A stretch of DNA of 64,000 nucleotides from Candidatus Margulisiibacteriota bacterium (GTDB lineage Bacteria > Margulisbacteria > Marinamargulisbacteria > JBFWNS01): contig JBFWNS010000001.1 in the NCBI GenBank assembly GCA_050250935.1, positions 256,001 through 320,000 on the forward strand, read 5' to 3'. Below, piece by piece: positions 9,688 through 18,902 of this stretch. The translations under genes and the position numbers were made by a program. Position 1 is the first letter of the stretch. Every line of letters starts with the position of its first letter. The notes under the pieces were generated by a model, which had not been told where the DNA came from, made no database searches, and saw only the letters and a program-made list of their open reading frames with translations.

Positions 9688-10559
9688 AACACCTTCATCC
9701 TTTGTCTGAAATACCGATTCAAAGCCCCGACATAAGACTCGCCTGTGGTGATGCGAATCGGTTTAATGCTCCACTGTTTAAAAAAATAATCCAGTTCGGC
9801 AGCTCTCTGCTCAGCCGCTTTTGCAAAAGCATCCCTCACCGAAACCAAAGCCGTGTCCACCACCTGCGTTTGTCCGGTTTCTGCATCTTGTAGACGTAAG
9901 GGCCCCACATTGGGAAAAGCCAGTTCCAAACCATCTTGAATCACCAGCGGAATTAGATCGTGTTTGACGGAGAGTTGTTTTAAAACGGTCTCGTACCCGG
10001 TATCCAAAAAATCGGAAATCACAAACACGATGGCTTTTTTGCGAAGCCGTTTTAGGATTTGAGTCAATCCTATTTTAAGAGAGGTTTTTTTGCTTTTGGG
10101 GCGTAGGCTCATCAGGTCCCTTAACAAGCGGAGCATGTGATCTTTGCCTTTTTTGGGGGGCACATAGGCCTCGATTCGGTCCGAAAACAAGCACAGTCCC
10201 ACACAGTCTTTGTTTTGAACGGCTGAAAATCCCAACACGGCCGCCAGCTCCGTGATCAAGTCGGCTTTGGTTTGGGCCGCAGTGCCAAATCGGTGGGAGG
10301 CGCTCACATCCACGGCCAACATAACGGTTAATTCCCGCTCTTCTTCGAACACTTTGACAAAGGGAGACCCCATTTTCGCGGTCACGTTCCAGTCGATAAA
10401 CCGAACGTCGTCACCAGGATGATAGTCCCGAACTTCGGCAAATCGCATGCCTTGTCCCCGAAACACCGAATGGTATTCCCCCGTAAAGGTCGAGCTGACC
10501 AACAAACGGGTTTTAATTTCGATGGCTCGAACTTTTTTTAAGAGGTCTGCAGAAATCAT
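9684..10559 (-). CDS. DUF58 family protein
   Basis: GEYHSVFRGQGMRFAEVRDYHPGDDVRFIDWNVTA, FEEEREL, ISDF. Confidence 0.93.
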   Translation of the reverse strand: MISADLLKKVRAIEIKTRLLVSSTFTGEYHSVFRGQGMRFAEVRDYHPGDDVRFIDWNVTAKMGSPFVKVFEEERELTVMLAVDVSASHRFGTAAQTKADLITELAAVLGFSAVQNKDCVGLCLFSDRIEAYVPPKKGKDHMLRLLRDLMSLRPKSKKTSLKIGLTQILKRLRKKAIVFVISDFLDTGYETVLKQLSVKHDLIPLVIQDGLELAFPNVGPLRLQDAETGQTQVVDTALVSVRDAFAKAAEQRAAELDYFFKQWSIKPIRITTGESYVGALNRYFRQRMKVL

Positions 10560-11549
10560 TTAGGGAACTTGAATCGCAGCAAAGATCTGATCCACCAAAG
10601 CATCGGCGGTTAATCCTTCGGCTTCGGCTTCGAAAGAGGGAATCACCCGATGACGCAGCACATCTTTGCCGATGGCCTTGATATCTTCTGGGGTCACGTA
10701 ACCACGGCCCCGAAGGAAGGCATGGGCTTTCGCCGTTTGAACCAAACAAATGGATGCCCGGGGAGAGGCCCCATAGGCAATCAAGGGTTTCAAGGTTTCT
10801 AGACCATGGTTTTCGGGATGACGCGTCGCATCGACAATGTCCAAAATATACCCTTTAATTTTGTCGTCCAAATAGATTTGCTGAACCACAGATCTGGCCT
10901 TAATGACGGCTTTAGCAGACACCACAGGGCTCACTTTAGTGGGCTGGGCAGTGGTCATGCGATCCAAGATGATGCGCTCATCGGCCTTTGACGGATAGGT
11001 CACGGACAACTTCATCATGAATCGGTCGATTTGGGCTTCTGGCAAGGGATAGGTCCCCTCTTGGTCCACCGGGTTTTGGGTGGCCAACACCAAAAAGGGC
11101 TCTTCAAGGGGGTAGGTGGTATCCCCAATGGTCACTTGTTTTTCTTGCATGGCTTCCAACAACGCGCTTTGAACCTTGGCTGGGGCTCGGTTAATTTCGT
11201 CGGCCAAAATAAAATTGGCAAAAATAGGGCCCAACTTTGGGACAAATTCTTGTTTGATGGGGTTGTAAATCAAGGTTCCAATCACGTCTGCTGGCAGCAA
11301 ATCGGGTGTAAACTGAATGCGTTTAAAGTGAACATCCACCACCGTCGCCAGGGTTTTAATGGTGAGGGTTTTGGCCAAACCTGGAACCCCTTCCAAAAGC
11401 AAGTGGCCTCCCGTTAAGACACCGATCAATAACCGCTCCAAGACCCCCAACTGACCCACAATCACTTTACCTGCTTCATCTAGAATGGTTTTTACAAATT
11501 TGGACTCTTCCTCAACCAAAGCCTGAATTTGGGACAATGCATCACTCAT
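10560..11549 (-). CDS. moxR: MoxR family AAA+ ATPase
   Basis: GVPGLAKT, RIQFTPDLLPAD, DEINRAPAKVQSALLEAM, EGTYPLPEAQIDRF; AAGGAG SD before ATG 11549. Confidence 0.95.
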   Translation of the reverse strand: MSDALSQIQALVEEESKFVKTILDEAGKVIVGQLGVLERLLIGVLTGGHLLLEGVPGLAKTLTIKTLATVVDVHFKRIQFTPDLLPADVIGTLIYNPIKQEFVPKLGPIFANFILADEINRAPAKVQSALLEAMQEKQVTIGDTTYPLEEPFLVLATQNPVDQEGTYPLPEAQIDRFMMKLSVTYPSKADERIILDRMTTAQPTKVSPVVSAKAVIKARSVVQQIYLDDKIKGYILDIVDATRHPENHGLETLKPLIAYGASPRASICLVQTAKAHAFLRGRGYVTPEDIKAIGKDVLRHRVIPSFEAEAEGLTADALVDQIFAAIQVP

Positions 11550-11688
11550 ATCTGTGTTACTCCTTAACAATATCAAGCCCCCAGCAGGGGATTATTTTAG
11601 CATCGAACCGCTTTTTTAATACAGGCCAAAAGCAAAAAAATTGTCTATACTAGAGCCAAGTACGATTCCTTTTTCATTGGAGCATTTT

Positions 11689-13533
11689 ATGAGAGCGGCC
11701 CTTAAACTACTCCCTCTATTGGTTATCTTTTCTTTTGGGTCCTTGTTTGCCCAGTCCCTTAAAGACACGGTGAATCCAAGCCGAGAATGGCCCCTGAAAT
11801 GGCGAACCAAAATTGGCGTTACCACCTTTAAAACCAACATGGTTCAGCAAGAAAATCGCCTGTTTATTGGATCGAATGGCAACTCCACCAAAAACCTGAT
11901 GGACTATGCCGATGGGGTCTATGTGCTCGACGCCAAGACTGGGGATATTGTGCGACAAATTAAAACCGACGCCTTGGGGGACACCGACGTTAATGGGGTG
12001 GCGGTTACAGGCAACACCGTTTTTTTTGGGAATGATAACAACGTTTTTTATGCCACAACCACCACAGGCAACATCCGATGGAAACTGGAAACCAGTGGGG
12101 ATATTGAAGGGGTGCCTGCGATCGCCGATTTTAACCGCGACGGGGTTGCCGATGTCTGCTTTGGAACAGAAAGTGGCGAATTGTTTGTGGTGAATGGCAA
12201 AACTGGGGAGGTGCTGTGGAAGTTTGTGGCCGATTTCAAGCCCAAGTGGACCTATCCTGCCGAAAGGTCTTTTGTTGCCTCGCCGCTTTTGGTGGATCTG
12301 AATAAAGACGGCATCCCAGATGTGGTGATCGGGTCTCGAAACGGGTCTTTTTATGCCTTTAATGGCCGCAATGGTCTGATTTTATGGGAAATTCGAAATG
12401 AAAACCCGGCTGGGATTCATGCATCCGCCATTTATAAAGATGGGGTAATTGTGTTTGCCGACGCCTATGAGCGGGTTTATAAAATCGATACCAAAGCCGT
12501 GCCAATTGAAGATTTCAGACTCAACAACGGGACATTTCAAGGGCTGTTTTCGAGTCCGGTTCTGACCTCGTCGAACACGATTGCCATTGGGTCTTCCTGG
12601 CCAGGCAGCGAGTGTGGGGCCTGGATTATCCCCGCAGAAGATGGGGAAACCTCAAAATTTATTCCCCTTGGCCGGGTGTCTGCAACCCCTGTAGTGGCAG
12701 ACTTTTTGGGAGCCGGGGTCCCGCAAATTGGATTTACGTCGGAAACCGGTTTTTTTGCAGTTTGCGACGAATCCGGTACCGTCTTGGCCAAGTTTAAGCT
12801 GCCGGCCGGGGCCGAAGCAACGCCCTTTATTACCGATGTGGACGGCGATGGTGTTTTGGATATTTTATTTGCCACCCAAGATGGGTTTTTAAACTGCTAT
12901 GCGTTGCCTGCCAAGCCCAAAGTCGCTTCTCCTTGGCCGTCCTTTCGTGGCAATCCCGACAATACCGGTTGTTACCCCATTTTGACCCCTGCCAAAACAA
13001 CGGCACCTGCAACCCTGACCGCCCTGGTTTCGGCCTCGCCCAAAGACAGTCAATTTATCGTTTCTGAATTGGGCATTGGCCCTGCAAAATTGGGCATGAC
13101 CCTGCAAGAGGTGAAGGCCGCCATGGCAGGCCCCAATATCGAGTTTAAACCGGATGAGTTTTTGGGCGGGTACAAGGCCTTGAATGTGATGGAAAAAGGC
13201 GAATCTTTGTTTTTGATTGTTTTCCCTGCCTGGCAGCCGCTTAAGGACGAGGATCCGGTTTCCATGTTGGTGACGTTTAATCCGAACTACCATACGGTTC
13301 AGGGCATCTCGCCCTCGTCTCCACTGGGATTGGCTTTAACGGTGTATGGGCCTCCCACCCTGACACTGTATCCCAACGAGGGGCGGGAAATGGTGACCTT
13401 TCCCAAAAGCCCAGAAGGACTGTTTTTTGCGGCGACGCCCAAATCTGGAATTTACCGGGACGACATTACCTTTAAATCGACCAAATCGTTTACCAATGGG
13501 GCCCGTATTTTGTACATCGGGGCCAAGCGCTAG
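11689..13533 (+). CDS. Secreted PQQ-like beta-propeller with FG-GAP/Ca-binding repeats and an extra C-terminal domain
   Basis: Signal peptide; LDAKTG, NGKTGEVLW and NGRNGLILW repeats; DFNRDGVAD, DLNKDGIPD, DVDGDGVLD; Pro/Thr/Ala linker then a GIGPAKLGMTL domain. Confidence 0.75.
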   Translation: MRAALKLLPLLVIFSFGSLFAQSLKDTVNPSREWPLKWRTKIGVTTFKTNMVQQENRLFIGSNGNSTKNLMDYADGVYVLDAKTGDIVRQIKTDALGDTDVNGVAVTGNTVFFGNDNNVFYATTTTGNIRWKLETSGDIEGVPAIADFNRDGVADVCFGTESGELFVVNGKTGEVLWKFVADFKPKWTYPAERSFVASPLLVDLNKDGIPDVVIGSRNGSFYAFNGRNGLILWEIRNENPAGIHASAIYKDGVIVFADAYERVYKIDTKAVPIEDFRLNNGTFQGLFSSPVLTSSNTIAIGSSWPGSECGAWIIPAEDGETSKFIPLGRVSATPVVADFLGAGVPQIGFTSETGFFAVCDESGTVLAKFKLPAGAEATPFITDVDGDGVLDILFATQDGFLNCYALPAKPKVASPWPSFRGNPDNTGCYPILTPAKTTAPATLTALVSASPKDSQFIVSELGIGPAKLGMTLQEVKAAMAGPNIEFKPDEFLGGYKALNVMEKGESLFLIVFPAWQPLKDEDPVSMLVTFNPNYHTVQGISPSSPLGLALTVYGPPTLTLYPNEGREMVTFPKSPEGLFFAATPKSGIYRDDITFKSTKSFTNGARILYIGAKR

Positions 13534-13536
13534 GAC

Positions 13537-14157
13537 CTAGTCCACCACCAAATAGGGGCGAAGCTGGGCCACTTTTTTCCAGCTGAACCCCTTGAGTTTG
13601 ACCAGTCCATCCAGACCAATAAAGGGGCCGTGCTCTTGGCGATAACTCACAATGCTTTTGGCAGCTCCCAGGCTGAGCCCCGGAACCAAAGCCAGATCTT
13701 CTGGGCTTGCTGTGTTTATGCCCAAAGGAAATGTAGGCCCTTCTTTTGGGGCTAGCCTGTCCGGGTTTTCAGTGGGATTTTTTCGGGTTTTGCGATGGGA
13801 TTCTTTGGGCAATTTGACGGCCTTTTGGGGCTTAACCTTTTTGGGCGGCACATAGATGCGCTGCCCATCTTTGACATAGGCCGCCAAATTGACCTTATCG
13901 ACATCGGCATTGGCCAAAACGCCCCCAGCTTTTTCCAATGCTTTTTGAACACGAATATGCCCTTGAATGGGATAGAGACCCGGATGCTGAACCGCCCCCG
14001 AAATATAGACCATGGCATGGGGTTTTTGAATCACAGGGGCCACAGCTGTTGTTTCGACCACCAGGGGTTGATCGGCGTTGTGATGGCGGAGCAATCCCAC
14101 CAAACCCAGGCAAAAAATGACGCCAACTCCGCCGATTAAAAACTTCGAATTGTCCAT
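13537..14157 (-). CDS. comEA: ComEA-like DNA-binding protein (TM, SLBB, HhH)
   Basis: VYISGAVQHPGLY, VNLAAYVKDGQRIYVP, INTASPEDL, YRQEHGPF. Confidence 0.85.
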   Translation of the reverse strand: MDNSKFLIGGVGVIFCLGLVGLLRHHNADQPLVVETTAVAPVIQKPHAMVYISGAVQHPGLYPIQGHIRVQKALEKAGGVLANADVDKVNLAAYVKDGQRIYVPPKKVKPQKAVKLPKESHRKTRKNPTENPDRLAPKEGPTFPLGINTASPEDLALVPGLSLGAAKSIVSYRQEHGPFIGLDGLVKLKGFSWKKVAQLRPYLVVD

Positions 14158-14204
14158 CGCTTACCCTTTTAATTTGAGAATTGGGGTGATATTATCGTCT
14201 TACT

Positions 14205-14397
14205 TGAGTGGCCGTATCGACGACGGACGGCCGATACGACCGGGTGGCGATCTTGATCTATTTAGACCGGGAAGTCCATGTCAAGATCGCCATCAGAACC
14301 GTAATCAGTTCGACGCATTCGCCGACTGTTACCTGTATCTGTAGTGTGACACCAACCATCTCCCTTTTGGGGGAGCCCCGATAAAAATAGGTCCGTC
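14205..14397 (-). ncRNA. Candidate highly structured RNA containing a 33-codon ORF (14359-14258)
   Basis: Perfect 12-bp inverted repeat TGGCGATCTTGA/TCAAGATCGCCA, further stems whose G-U pairs favour the minus strand, 5'/3' complementarity GACGGAC/GTCCGTC, and an upstream TTCCAA-N16-TACAGT. Confidence 0.45.
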
Positions 14398-14512
14398 AGA
14401 CTTACTGTAGATTAATTAGACGTTTTTGGAAATAGATTTTTTATTTTTATCATGACGCAATTAAAATTATGATGGATTGTGCAGGGCAGTCATCCTCGCC
14501 TATACTTGGGGA

Positions 14513-15463
14513 ATGATATCCTTTTTTAAACACATCAGTAGGGTGACTTTGATTGCGGTTTATGTGTTGATTTTGGTGGGCGGTATTGTTCGGGCCACAG
14601 GGTCTGGCATGGGCTGTCCAGACTGGCCGAAATGTTATGGTCGCTGGATGCCTCCGACTTCTGAATCGCAGTTACCCGCCAACTATCAGGCCCACTACAA
14701 AGCGCTGGGCATTCATGATGTTACGTTTAATGCCTTAAAAACCTGGACCGAGTACATCAACCGACTGATTGGGGTGGTCATTGGACTGCTGATTATCACC
14801 ACTTTTGTGGCCTCATTTGGCTATGTTAAAACCAAACCCTCAGTCACGGCCCTTAGCTTTTTGGGGGTGGCTTTGGTGGTGCTTCAGGGATGGCTGGGCG
14901 CCAAAGTGGTGGCCTCGAATTTGCATCCCATGGTTGTGACTTTGCACATGGGGTTGGCTTTGGTTTTGGTTGCTGTTTTGATTACGGCCCGCCAGCTGGC
15001 TCTGCCCCCCAAACCCGAAGCCATCGATCGGTTGGATTTTTTACGTCTTTTGGCTTTGATCAGCTTGGTCTTTACCTTTGGGCAACTGTTGTTGGGCACC
15101 CAAGTTCGCGAAGCCATCGATGGGATTGCCAAGGTTATGGGCGAATCCGAGCGCTCGGCCTGGGTTAGCCATTTGGGCAACCGCTTCGATCTGCACCGCT
15201 CTTTTTCTTGGATTATTGTTCTGGTGAACGGATTGCTGGCTTATCACATTCGGCAACAAGCGGTGGGAACCGGGCGTTTGGTGCGATTGGCCAAAGCCAT
15301 TTTGCTTGTGATTGGCGCCGAACTGGCCCTGGGCATGAGTTTGGCCTATTTGGGATTTCCGGCAGCGCTTCAGCCTTTGCACTTGTTGTTGGGCACACTG
15401 TTGTTTGGGTTGGTTTTTACGGTTGTTTTGACGTTAATTCAACTAAAAAAAGCCAACACCTAA
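14513..15463 (+). CDS. ctaA: Heme A synthase (COX15/CtaA family)
   Basis: GGIVRATGSGMGCPDWPKCYG, EYINRLIG, QGWLG, LHMGLA, HR, QPLHLL; about 8 TM helices. Confidence 0.88.
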   Translation: MISFFKHISRVTLIAVYVLILVGGIVRATGSGMGCPDWPKCYGRWMPPTSESQLPANYQAHYKALGIHDVTFNALKTWTEYINRLIGVVIGLLIITTFVASFGYVKTKPSVTALSFLGVALVVLQGWLGAKVVASNLHPMVVTLHMGLALVLVAVLITARQLALPPKPEAIDRLDFLRLLALISLVFTFGQLLLGTQVREAIDGIAKVMGESERSAWVSHLGNRFDLHRSFSWIIVLVNGLLAYHIRQQAVGTGRLVRLAKAILLVIGAELALGMSLAYLGFPAALQPLHLLLGTLLFGLVFTVVLTLIQLKKANT

Positions 15464-18400
15464 ACCGCCAAAACTTGCCCTGCCCCCAGCAATGCTTCGA
15501 GGTCCATCAAGAGGGTTTTGTCTTCGGAAACCCAAAACTTTTTGTGGGCCTGAACCACCGATTCGTTCACTTGAAAACACAGGGGAATACCGCCTCGGTT
15601 TTTAAGAACCAGCTCTCGAATGGCCAAAAATAGGGCCTTGTCTTCCACATGGGTTAAATCCAATGTGACTCGGGTTAAGGGACCTTGGTGGTCCATTAAG
15701 TGGATATCGTCCACCATCAGGGAAATTTCGTCTTGGTTTACCCGAACCCGCCCTTTCAACTGCACCAAATGGTCGTCTTGAAACAGGGGTGCCAGCTTTT
15801 CAAAGGATTCGCTATAAAACATAAACACGGGCATGCTGCCTCGAAAATCTTCCAAGGTGGCCATGACCATTTCTTTTTTGTTGCGGGTTAAAATGCGGCG
15901 ACATTCGGACAACATCCCCCCCATCACCACCGACTTATCGGCATCTTCGGGACGCAATTTATCGGTGCTATAGGGCAAGCGTTCGAGGCGGTCTCGAACC
16001 GTATCCAAGGGATGGCCAGAAATATAGAGCCCCAACAATTCTTTTTCCAACCGCAACAAATCGTGGGTGGATAGGGCCACAAAATCGGCGATTTCTTGGG
16101 GCTGTTGAAAAGCGGCGGCTGTGAAATCGCCAAACAACCCGATTTGACCATTGGCCCTTTCTTTGGCCTCGGTTTGGGCCCGTTCCAGTGACACTTCGTA
16201 TTGTCCCAGCAAGGCACCGCGGCTGCCGAATCCATCCATGGCCCCGGCCTTGATTAAACTTTCGATGACCCGTTTATTGACCTGTTTGAGATCGACTCGT
16301 TTGCAAAAATCGTCCAGGTTGGCATAGGGTTTATCTCGGCCCGACACAATGCTTTCGATGGCCCCTTCCCCAACGTTTTTGATGGCTCCCAACCCAAAGC
16401 GAATGGACCAAGTGTCCTCGGTTTTCAGAATGGTGAATCCTGATTCGGAGCTGTTCACATCGGGGGGGAGCACGGCAATGTTCATGCGTTTACATTCTTG
16501 AATGTACAACGAGGTTCTGTCCCCAGACCCCAAAATACTGGACAACAAGGCCGCCAAATATTCCACCGCAAAATGGGTTTTCAGATAGGCGGTTTGAAAG
16601 GAAATTAGGGCATAGGCCGCGCTGTGGGACTTGTTGAACCCGTATTCGGCAAACTTGTAGCAGAGGTCGAAAATTTTCTCGGCCTTGTCCAAGGGGGCCT
16701 GTTTGGTTTCGGCGCCGTCCATGAACTTGTCCCGCATTTTGTCCATTTCTTCTTTTTTCTTTTTACCCATGGCCCGGCGCAGGACGTCGGCTTCTCCCAA
16801 ACTGAAGCCGGCCACCACCGAGGCAATTTGCATGACCTGTTCTTGATAGACGATCAACCCATAGGTGTCTTTTAGAATCGGCTCGAGTTCTGGCAAATCG
16901 TATTTCACCTGGGTTTCCCCAGACTTGTTGGAAATAAAATCGCTAACCATGCCAGAGCCCAAAGGACCGGGTCGATACAGGGCCAACAAAGCAATAATGT
17001 CTTCAAAAACCCGGGGCTTCAGGTCTTTAATCAACCGCCGCATGCCCGAACTTTCCAATTGGAAAATCCCAGTGGTTTCGCCCGAACAGAGCATGTCGTA
17101 GGTGGCTGAATCGGTTAAATCAAGTTTATTCAAATCGATTTCAATCCCACGGTTTCGTTTGATGAGCTTGACTGCGTCGTCCATTACCGTCAGGTTTCGA
17201 AGGCCCAAAATATCCATTTTGAGTAGACCGATTTTTTCCAGATCCGTCATGGAATATTGGGTGACGGCTTGGCCTTCGTTGCGAATCAGAGGCACAACCG
17301 TGGACAAGGGATCTCTGGAAATGACCACCCCGGCCGCGTGCATCGAGGTATGTCTGGACAACCCTTCCAGCTGAGCCCCCACCTCGAGCAATCGTTGCAC
17401 TTGGGGATTTTGGTCCTGCATTTTTTTAAGTTCGGGGACTTGCTCCAGAGCTTCGGGAATGCTGGTGTATTGACCGGGACTGGAGGGAATCAGTTTGGCG
17501 ATATAGTCCACATCTTTAAGGGGGACATCGAGGGCCCGGCCCACGTCGCGGATGACGCCACGGGCAGCCATGGTTCCAAAGGTGGCAATTTGAGAGACAT
17601 GATCTGCCCCATATTTTTGAACAATATAGGCGATCACTTCGCCCCGACGCCGAATGCAAAAATCCAAATCAATATCGGGCATGGACACCCGCTCGGGATT
17701 CAGAAATCGCTCGAAGAGCAGGTTGTATTCGATGGGATCCACATTGGTAATGTCCAGGGCATAGGCCACGATCGAGCCCGCAGCAGATCCCCGGCCCGGC
17801 CCAACGGGAATGTCGTTTTGACGGCAGAAATTCAAGAAATCGTAGATGATTAAAAAATAGGGGGCGTATTGCATTTTGGTCATGATATCCAGCTCGAAGT
17901 TCGCCCGTTTTTCGAGTTCTGGGGTTAGGGTTCCGTATTTTTTGGCCAAGCCTTCCCAGACCAATTCGGCCATGTAAGCTTCTGGGGCCTTGCCGTCGGG
18001 ACATTCAAAACGGGGCAGTTTTACCTGTTCGGTTTCGAGTTTAAGGTTACAACGATCGGCAATTTTAATGGCATTTTCGTAGGCTTCTGGACAGTGGGGA
18101 AAGAGGGCGGCCATGGCTTCGGAGGACTTCAAATAATGCTCTTGGCTTTCGGCCAGTCTGGTGTTCTCATCCAATTTCCGACCGGTTTGAATGCAGTTCA
18201 AAATATCCCGCAAATAGGCCTGATCTTGTTTGAGATAATACACATCGTTGGTCAGAACCACAGGAATATCGAGTTCTTTGGACAACGCCAAAGTACCGTC
18301 GTTGATGATGTCTTCGTAGGGCAAATCCAATTTTTGAATGCCCAGATAAAACCGATCGCCAAACACCGCTTTGTAGCTTTGCAAAATGGCTTTGGCACGG

Positions 18401-18846
18401 TCTGTCTCCATCGACCGAAGCGCATAGCTGGCTGGGCCTCGGCCCCCTGGGGCAATCGCAATCAACCCTGTGTTTCGCTTGGCCAAATGGGCCAAATCGA
18501 TTCGGGGCTTGTAATAAAACCCCTCCAAATGCGCCGTTGTCACCAACTGAATCAGGCTTTGGTAGCCTTCGTAGTTTTCACAGAGCAAAATTAGCCGATC
18601 CAATCCCCGCTCTTTTTGGGTGATGTCGTCGGTGATGTACATCTCGCAGCCGATGATGGGCTTGATGCCTTTTTTCTGGGCTTCCAAATAGAACTGGATG
18701 CAACCAAACATGCTGCCATTGTCCGTCATGGCCACGGCTGGCATGCCCTGGGCTTTACAGGAATCGATCAGCTCGGCAATGCGTAGGGGGGCTTCCAGGA
18801 GCGAGTATTCGGTGTGGCAGTGAAGGTGGACAAAGGGCGATGACAT
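15460..18846 (-). CDS. dnaE: DNA polymerase III alpha subunit
   Basis: FVHLHCHTEYSLL, GPGRGSAAGS, FERFLNPERVSMPDIDLDF, YGFNKSH. Confidence 0.98.
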   Translation of the reverse strand: MSSPFVHLHCHTEYSLLEAPLRIAELIDSCKAQGMPAVAMTDNGSMFGCIQFYLEAQKKGIKPIIGCEMYITDDITQKERGLDRLILLCENYEGYQSLIQLVTTAHLEGFYYKPRIDLAHLAKRNTGLIAIAPGGRGPASYALRSMETDRAKAILQSYKAVFGDRFYLGIQKLDLPYEDIINDGTLALSKELDIPVVLTNDVYYLKQDQAYLRDILNCIQTGRKLDENTRLAESQEHYLKSSEAMAALFPHCPEAYENAIKIADRCNLKLETEQVKLPRFECPDGKAPEAYMAELVWEGLAKKYGTLTPELEKRANFELDIMTKMQYAPYFLIIYDFLNFCRQNDIPVGPGRGSAAGSIVAYALDITNVDPIEYNLLFERFLNPERVSMPDIDLDFCIRRRGEVIAYIVQKYGADHVSQIATFGTMAARGVIRDVGRALDVPLKDVDYIAKLIPSSPGQYTSIPEALEQVPELKKMQDQNPQVQRLLEVGAQLEGLSRHTSMHAAGVVISRDPLSTVVPLIRNEGQAVTQYSMTDLEKIGLLKMDILGLRNLTVMDDAVKLIKRNRGIEIDLNKLDLTDSATYDMLCSGETTGIFQLESSGMRRLIKDLKPRVFEDIIALLALYRPGPLGSGMVSDFISNKSGETQVKYDLPELEPILKDTYGLIVYQEQVMQIASVVAGFSLGEADVLRRAMGKKKKEEMDKMRDKFMDGAETKQAPLDKAEKIFDLCYKFAEYGFNKSHSAAYALISFQTAYLKTHFAVEYLAALLSSILGSGDRTSLYIQECKRMNIAVLPPDVNSSESGFTILKTEDTWSIRFGLGAIKNVGEGAIESIVSGRDKPYANLDDFCKRVDLKQVNKRVIESLIKAGAMDGFGSRGALLGQYEVSLERAQTEAKERANGQIGLFGDFTAAAFQQPQEIADFVALSTHDLLRLEKELLGLYISGHPLDTVRDRLERLPYSTDKLRPEDADKSVVMGGMLSECRRILTRNKKEMVMATLEDFRGSMPVFMFYSESFEKLAPLFQDDHLVQLKGRVRVNQDEISLMVDDIHLMDHQGPLTRVTLDLTHVEDKALFLAIRELVLKNRGGIPLCFQVNESVVQAHKKFWVSEDKTLLMDLEALLGAGQVLAV

Positions 18847-18887
18847 AGGGGCCTAAGTTTAACACTAATGCCACCGAAATCACATCG

Positions 18888-18896
18888 TGTTATGCT
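18888..18896 (+). promoter_or_regulatory. Extended -10 promoter of topB (probably leaderless mRNA)
   Basis: TG-T-TATGCT ends 6 nt before ATG 18903; no SD. Confidence 0.55.
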
Positions 18897-18902
18897 AGCC
18901 CC

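Noticed and set aside
14205..14400. tmRNA, RNase P RNA or retron msr-msd
   Set aside because: GGGGCT is present but there is no T-arm/CCA end, no GAGGAAAGTCC, and no reverse transcriptase in the window.
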